DNA of 40,632 bases from a virus (lineage: Duplodnaviria > Caudoviricetes): positions 1 through 40,632 of IMG/VR virus record IMGVR_UViG_3300017909_002515. The stretch is one strand, 5' to 3'. The position numbers and the translations under genes are program-made. The notes beneath the pieces are model-generated. The model saw only the letters and a list, made by a program, of their open reading frames with translations, made no database searches and was not told the DNA's origin. Shown one piece after another: positions 36,104 to 40,632 of this stretch. Positions within the stretch are counted from its first letter, which is position 1. Every line of letters starts with the position of its first letter.

Positions 36104-37003
36104 ATGTCATTGGATAATATCCGCCGCAACAACTCTCTGGACAAACTTCTTGGTGCAGTCCAGAAAGATAATCAACCTCAAGAAAAGAAATCATACGTAG
36201 ATGAACGTCTTTGGAAACCCGAACTGGACAAGTCTGGTAACGGTTATGCTGTGATTCGTTTCTTGCCTGCCGTTCACGGTGAAGAACTGCCATGGGCTAA
36301 AGTATATTCACATGCATTCCAAGGCCCCACTGGACAGTGGTACATCGAGAACTCTCTAACAACTCTCAACGAAAAGGATCCCGTATCTGAGTACAACACT
36401 AAACTTTGGAACACTGGTGTTGAATCTGATAAGGAGATTGCACGTAAACAGAAACGCAAACTTCAGTACTACTCTAACATCTATGTTGTGAGTGATCCAA
36501 AACACCCTGAAAATGAGGGTAAGGTTTTCTTGTTCCGTTATGGTAAGAAAATCTATGACAAACTTCTGGCTGCAATGCAACCAGAGTTCGAGGACGAAAG
36601 TCCTATCAATCCTTTCTGTCCTGAAACTGGTGCGAACTTCAAATTGAAGATTCGTAAGGTTGACGGATACTGGAACTACGACAAGTCGGAGTTCGAGGCT
36701 GTATCTGCACTAAGTGAGGATACCGCGAAAGTAGAACAGGTATGTTCCAATTCATATCCACTTTCTGAGTACACAGAGAGAAGTAACTTCAAGTCATACG
36801 AGGAACTAAAAACTCGACTTGACGTTGTTCTTTCTGGAGTTACCAAAGTGGGTAACGTAGAAGACAGTATCGACGCTACACCAGCTCCCGCGATTCGGGA
36901 GGCAACTGCACCACAACCAGTTGCAGTGGAGTCTTCGTTCGAAACGACTGCTGACGAAGAAGATGACACCATGTCGTACTTTGAAAAACTTGCTAACAAC
37001 TAG
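36104..37003 (+). CDS. 32: Single-stranded DNA-binding protein gp32
   Basis: DERLWKP..DKSGNGYAVIRFLP, WYIENSLTT, KRKL.YYSNI, GANFKLKI, NYDKSEF, acidic tail. Confidence 0.97.
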   Translation: MSLDNIRRNNSLDKLLGAVQKDNQPQEKKSYVDERLWKPELDKSGNGYAVIRFLPAVHGEELPWAKVYSHAFQGPTGQWYIENSLTTLNEKDPVSEYNTKLWNTGVESDKEIARKQKRKLQYYSNIYVVSDPKHPENEGKVFLFRYGKKIYDKLLAAMQPEFEDESPINPFCPETGANFKLKIRKVDGYWNYDKSEFEAVSALSEDTAKVEQVCSNSYPLSEYTERSNFKSYEELKTRLDVVLSGVTKVGNVEDSIDATPAPAIREATAPQPVAVESSFETTADEEDDTMSYFEKLANN

Positions 37004-37023
37004 AAGTCTTTCTACGTTTTGTG

Positions 37024-37049
37024 AGGGGGAACTATGTTCCCCCTTTTTT
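37024..37049 (+). terminator. Rho-independent terminator after gene 32
   Basis: agggggaac-tat-gttccccct followed by a T run. Confidence 0.85.
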
Positions 37050-37056
37050 ATAAATA
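37049..37056 (+). promoter_or_regulatory. T4-type late promoter (TATAAATA)
   Basis: Exact motif abutting the terminator, 60 nt upstream of the first monooxygenase. Confidence 0.75.
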
Positions 37057-37115
37057 GGCTTATTCCCTCGCTGTGAAGCGACATGATTCCCCATGAGGAC
37101 AACGGAGAATCTAGT

Positions 37116-38420
37116 ATGAAAAAAATTTTACTTCTAATGTTGTTGCCTGTTCTGACAACAGCTCAAACTTACACAGATGATGTAGCAGAAATCATCAACA
37201 ATAATTGTGTTGTCTGTCATCGGCCAGGAGGCGTGGGCCCGATGAGTTTCGAAACCTATGAACAAGTTCGTCCTTGGGCGCCTCTCATTCAAATGCGAGT
37301 AGCAAACAGAGAAATGCCTCCCTATGCATACGACCAGCATATAGGTATTCAGGACTTGGAAGGAGATTGGAGACTTTCTCAAGAACAGATTGATACTGTA
37401 GTAGCATGGGTAAATGCAGGTTCCCCTTATGGCGATCCTGACCGTGTAGTGCAATTACCTGAAATGCCTAATCCAGATGATTGGCGGTTTTCTGCAATGT
37501 TTGGCCAACCTGACTTAATTGTACCTTCAAGTCCGTATGACATTCCGGCAAACGGAAATGACCTGTGGAGTAAAGAATTTGTTAATCCAAAACTTGTTGA
37601 AGATCGTTGTATAAAGGCGGTACAGGTAAAACCAAAAGGTGATGCAGCTGCGGTAGTACATCACGCTAACTCAGATGTATATGTGTATGATGAAGAGGGC
37701 GAACTTGTTCCTTATGGACAACTCACAGAGTATGCGATGGGCAAATGGGGTGAAGTTATGCCTGAAGGAGTCTGTCGCATCATGCCTGCAAATTCACTAG
37801 TGCGTTGGGACATTCACATGTTTCCTGGCGGTGTGGGTGCAACTGCTGAAGGCGACATGATCGAAGACAATGTTGTAGAGATTGGTCTTTGGTTCCACGA
37901 TGAAGATTACGCAGAAGTAAACGATGTGTACAATCAAGACCTTCGTTTATATCCTCTTCGTGAAGGGTATGAAAATGGCCACCTGATTGTTCCACCTCAT
38001 GGTTATGCTATGACTCAAGGCTTTCATAGTTTTGACCATCCCGTCCGTATTGACAGTTTCCAACCACATGGACATCTACGGATGAATGCAGCAAGTTTAG
38101 AAATCTTTTATCCTGATACGGGTAGAACCGAATCAGTGTCTCAGATTTCTAATTGGTCAGCAACGTGGCATCACAGTCACATTTATGCTGAAGATGTAGC
38201 CCCTTTGTTACCAACTGGGGCAGTGTTAGTAATAAAACAGTGGTATGACAATACTGCTGATAATCCCAACAATCCTGATCCAGATCAATGGGTATATGGC
38301 GGAAGTAGAACGGGTGACGAGATGTCTCATGCGTGGATAGCTGTTACTCATTTAGACGAAGAAGGTTATGAAAAAATATTGGAGGAAAGAAATGCGAAAA
38401 TTAATATTGCTGGGAGGTAG
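37116..38420 (+). CDS. Exported cytochrome c / copper type II (PHM/DBH-like) monooxygenase, copy 1
   Basis: Signal peptide, heme motif CVVCH, MPP, CuH-type VVHHAN and DIHM, CuM-type QPHGH and DEMS. Confidence 0.8.
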   Translation: MKKILLLMLLPVLTTAQTYTDDVAEIINNNCVVCHRPGGVGPMSFETYEQVRPWAPLIQMRVANREMPPYAYDQHIGIQDLEGDWRLSQEQIDTVVAWVNAGSPYGDPDRVVQLPEMPNPDDWRFSAMFGQPDLIVPSSPYDIPANGNDLWSKEFVNPKLVEDRCIKAVQVKPKGDAAAVVHHANSDVYVYDEEGELVPYGQLTEYAMGKWGEVMPEGVCRIMPANSLVRWDIHMFPGGVGATAEGDMIEDNVVEIGLWFHDEDYAEVNDVYNQDLRLYPLREGYENGHLIVPPHGYAMTQGFHSFDHPVRIDSFQPHGHLRMNAASLEIFYPDTGRTESVSQISNWSATWHHSHIYAEDVAPLLPTGAVLVIKQWYDNTADNPNNPDPDQWVYGGSRTGDEMSHAWIAVTHLDEEGYEKILEERNAKINIAGR

Positions 38421-39630
38421 TTTATTTGCAATTATAAGTTATGCAGATGAAATAGATTACGCACAAGACGTTGCACCTATCTTTGTAGAACAATGCCAGT
38501 CTTGTCACAGGGAGGGCGGTATTGCTCCTTGGGCAATGACTAACTATCAAATGTTACAGGCATTTGCCCCTGCAATCAAAGAGGCAATCATTACGAAACA
38601 CATGCCGCCTGGCCAGATTGATCGTAAATACGCAGGCACTATCATTAATCACAGGACTCTCAGTAATCGTGAAGTTGATACGATTGTAGAGTGGATTGAT
38701 GCAGGCGCACCTGTTGAGGGTGATGTTGATCCTTTGACAGAGACAACCTATTCTACTTCAGAGTGGGTGCATGGTGAACCAGATATGATTATCGAAGTAC
38801 CGCCTCAAGAGATTCCTGCTGTCGGTACAATGGGCCCTAATGCCATTCCATACAGATACACCAGTGTGGATTTAGGTCTCACAGAGGACAAGTGGTTACG
38901 TGGTTCAGAATTTTTACCATCAGAACCTACTGTCATGCACCATATGCTCAACACTGTATCGCTGCCAGGCGAACGAAACGGTAACCTGTTGGGTGCTCAG
39001 GGTGAAGGACAGGGTAACATGGAGTATGCAACTATCAGTGCATATGTGCCAGGCGGTGACCCCGATTACTACGATGAAAACACTGGCGGTTTGTTACGTG
39101 CAGGCTCTATCGTAAATCTACAGTTACACTATACGCCTGACGGTACTGCAAGAACTGATAGAGCAAGAATCGGACTGTACTTCCATGATGAAGGTGTGAT
39201 ACCAGAAGAGAGAATGGCAGGCGACTGTGCTTGTATTTTCCCTAACAACTGGACACCGATTCCCCCATACGATCCTAACTTTGTACAGACAGCAGAGATT
39301 ACGTTGAAGAATGATATTCGACTACACACATTCTTGCCTCACATGCATTTCCGTGGCAAGAGTATGCGTGCTACTGCAATCTATGCTGATGGTACAGAAG
39401 AAGAGCTTATCGACATTCCTAAATATGACTATGCTTGGCAACTTTCATATACATGGAAAGATCCCAAGTTTATTCCAGCAGGAACACGATTGTTTGTTGA
39501 AGGTGCATTTGACAATTCGGCAGACAATCCAATGAACCCTGATCCAGCAAGAGAAGTACCTTGGGGCCAAATGTCAGAGGACGAAATGTTCTTTGGCGCA
39601 TTCACTTGGAAAAACGTAGAAGGAGACTAG
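38392..39630 (+). CDS. Exported cytochrome c / copper type II (PHM/DBH-like) monooxygenase, copy 2
   Basis: GGAGG RBS, signal peptide, CQSCH, MPP, VMHHML, LQLHY, LPHMHFRG, DEMF. Confidence 0.85.
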   Translation: MRKLILLGGSLFAIISYADEIDYAQDVAPIFVEQCQSCHREGGIAPWAMTNYQMLQAFAPAIKEAIITKHMPPGQIDRKYAGTIINHRTLSNREVDTIVEWIDAGAPVEGDVDPLTETTYSTSEWVHGEPDMIIEVPPQEIPAVGTMGPNAIPYRYTSVDLGLTEDKWLRGSEFLPSEPTVMHHMLNTVSLPGERNGNLLGAQGEGQGNMEYATISAYVPGGDPDYYDENTGGLLRAGSIVNLQLHYTPDGTARTDRARIGLYFHDEGVIPEERMAGDCACIFPNNWTPIPPYDPNFVQTAEITLKNDIRLHTFLPHMHFRGKSMRATAIYADGTEEELIDIPKYDYAWQLSYTWKDPKFIPAGTRLFVEGAFDNSADNPMNPDPAREVPWGQMSEDEMFFGAFTWKNVEGD

Positions 39631-39631
39631 C

Positions 39632-39703
39632 ATGTGGACTAAACCCACTTACGAAAAAATCCGTTTAGGGTTTGAAGTAACAATGTACTACAAAAATAGA
39701 TAG
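39632..39703 (+). CDS. pqqA: Pyrroloquinoline quinone precursor peptide PqqA (not in ORF track)
   Basis: AGGAGA RBS. MWTKPTYEKIRLGFEVTMYYKNR* (23 aa) with the W.KP leader and GFEVTMY (ExxxY) core. Confidence 0.93.
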   Translation: MWTKPTYEKIRLGFEVTMYYKNR

Positions 39704-39723
39704 AAAAATATTAAAGGTGAGAA

Positions 39724-39930
39724 ATGAAAAAATTATTGCAAGTGCTGATGATCAGTTTGGTCTTAACTGGTTGTGGTAGTAGCGCAATAGACCTATATGA
39801 TGACCCACAATTTGATTGGATGCCTAATCCATTGCAGTGGGAAAGAAACTGGAGAGATTGTAGATCTCAACCACAATGCAACCCTGCTGATTTGTTCAAT
39901 AGAACGGGTTACATCAGCACGATTGGTTAA
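39724..39930 (+). CDS. Small lipoprotein
   Basis: MKKLLQVLMISLVLTGC (lipobox LTGC), AAGGTG RBS, two further Cys. Confidence 0.7.
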   Translation: MKKLLQVLMISLVLTGCGSSAIDLYDDPQFDWMPNPLQWERNWRDCRSQPQCNPADLFNRTGYISTIG

Positions 39931-40632
39931 ATTGCCGCGGTAGCAATACCATTGATAAATGGGTCTGGATTCACAAGACTCTTGTTGTTGACAGTGGTAT
40001 TGCTATTGCTGGTGTTACTTACTCTAGTAGATGGGGCATTCACAACTGTAACCTGAGCCATCGCCTCTTCTCTACTTACAGATTGCTGTGACTGAATCAA
40101 TTCTTGATTTTGTTGCAAAGATGGTGCGGTAGAAAGTGGAGCAATTTGTGCCTCCGAAGGTTCTACCTCCATCATCATTTCATCAAAGTTTCTCTGCATC
40201 TGTGCTTCTAGGGCTCTTCTTTCGATAAGTTTTTCTGCAATTATACCAGAAGAATCCATTTCTGCCGCAGTCTCCATGTCGGCATTAACGAACCTCGTTG
40301 CCTCTGCAACAGTGTCAAACATTGCACGTACCCCAAACCTTGACGTTCCTATGTACTTACCAGACCAATCTAAGATTACTCCATCTGGTAATCTTTGTTC
40401 TGCTTGATTTGTTGCAGTGTTAACTAGTTGTGTAATATTTGCAGGCGGAGATGTCTGCACAACTGGTTCAGGTGTAAAGTCGGCCGGAGATGTCTGCACA
40501 ACTGGTTCCGGTTCAAAGTCGGCAGGAGTGAGTGCAAAAGCCTGATCTATTGCCTCTTGTCCAGTTTGAGGCACAGGTAGGTCATTGTTCATCATGTTCA
40601 ACTGCATTGACGCAAAGGTTGTACTCGTGTCA
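39927..40632 (-). CDS. C-terminal part of a low-complexity protein (possibly baseplate/tail associated), 5'-partial
   Basis: Frame stays open to the window edge. VVNAPST..SNTSNSNTTV-type tail. Confidence 0.6.
   Translation of the reverse strand, partial: DTSTTFASMQLNMMNNDLPVPQTGQEAIDQAFALTPADFEPEPVVQTSPADFTPEPVVQTSPPANITQLVNTATNQAEQRLPDGVILDWSGKYIGTSRFGVRAMFDTVAEATRFVNADMETAAEMDSSGIIAEKLIERRALEAQMQRNFDEMMMEVEPSEAQIAPLSTAPSLQQNQELIQSQQSVSREEAMAQVTVVNAPSTRVSNTSNSNTTVNNKSLVNPDPFINGIATAAI
40446..40523 (-). repeat. Tandem 39-nt (13-aa) intragenic repeat
   Basis: cggagatgtctgcacaactggttc at 40446 and 40485, encoding PADF(E/T)PEPVVQTS twice. Confidence 0.9.

Noticed and set aside
1-40632. Stop-codon reassignment or selenocysteine read-through
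   Set aside because: Core genes are full length in the standard code, all three stop codons are used, and no suppressor tRNA is seen.

Overview
A gene-dense, AT-rich segment of a large T4-like myovirus genome, probably a marine or aquatic phage of a Gram-negative host. The PqqA and tmRNA-tag sequences lean towards Gammaproteobacteria (inference). Core genes: primase 61, nrdA/nrdB, rnh, 33, 59, 32, phoH, a T4-type lysozyme and a Cas4-like exonuclease. There are T4-type late promoters (TATAAATA) and a set of CTTGACAA-N17/18-TAnnnT early promoters. The left part holds structural and putative internal-protein genes and a candidate lysis cassette (holin-like peptide, lipase, overlapping spanins). 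Many tailoring enzymes are interspersed with the core genes: sulfotransferases, an amidinotransferase, two radical SAM enzymes, 2OG-Fe(II) oxygenases, a PLP enzyme, a PIG-L deacetylase and a degenerate UDP-sugar dehydrogenase. Translation-related genes are bS21, tRNA-Arg(TCT) and a circularly permuted two-piece tmRNA. The best novelty candidates are: (1) a late operon of two exported heme-c/copper PHM-type monooxygenases followed by a 23-aa PqqA peptide missed by the ORF track; (2) a three-hairpin RNA at 29063-29192 whose CU-rich loops are antisense to the GA-rich ribosome-binding regions of the two upstream early genes; (3) a tmRNA intervening segment that encodes an in-frame zinc-finger motif. 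All family assignments come from motif recognition by eye; no database searches were run.
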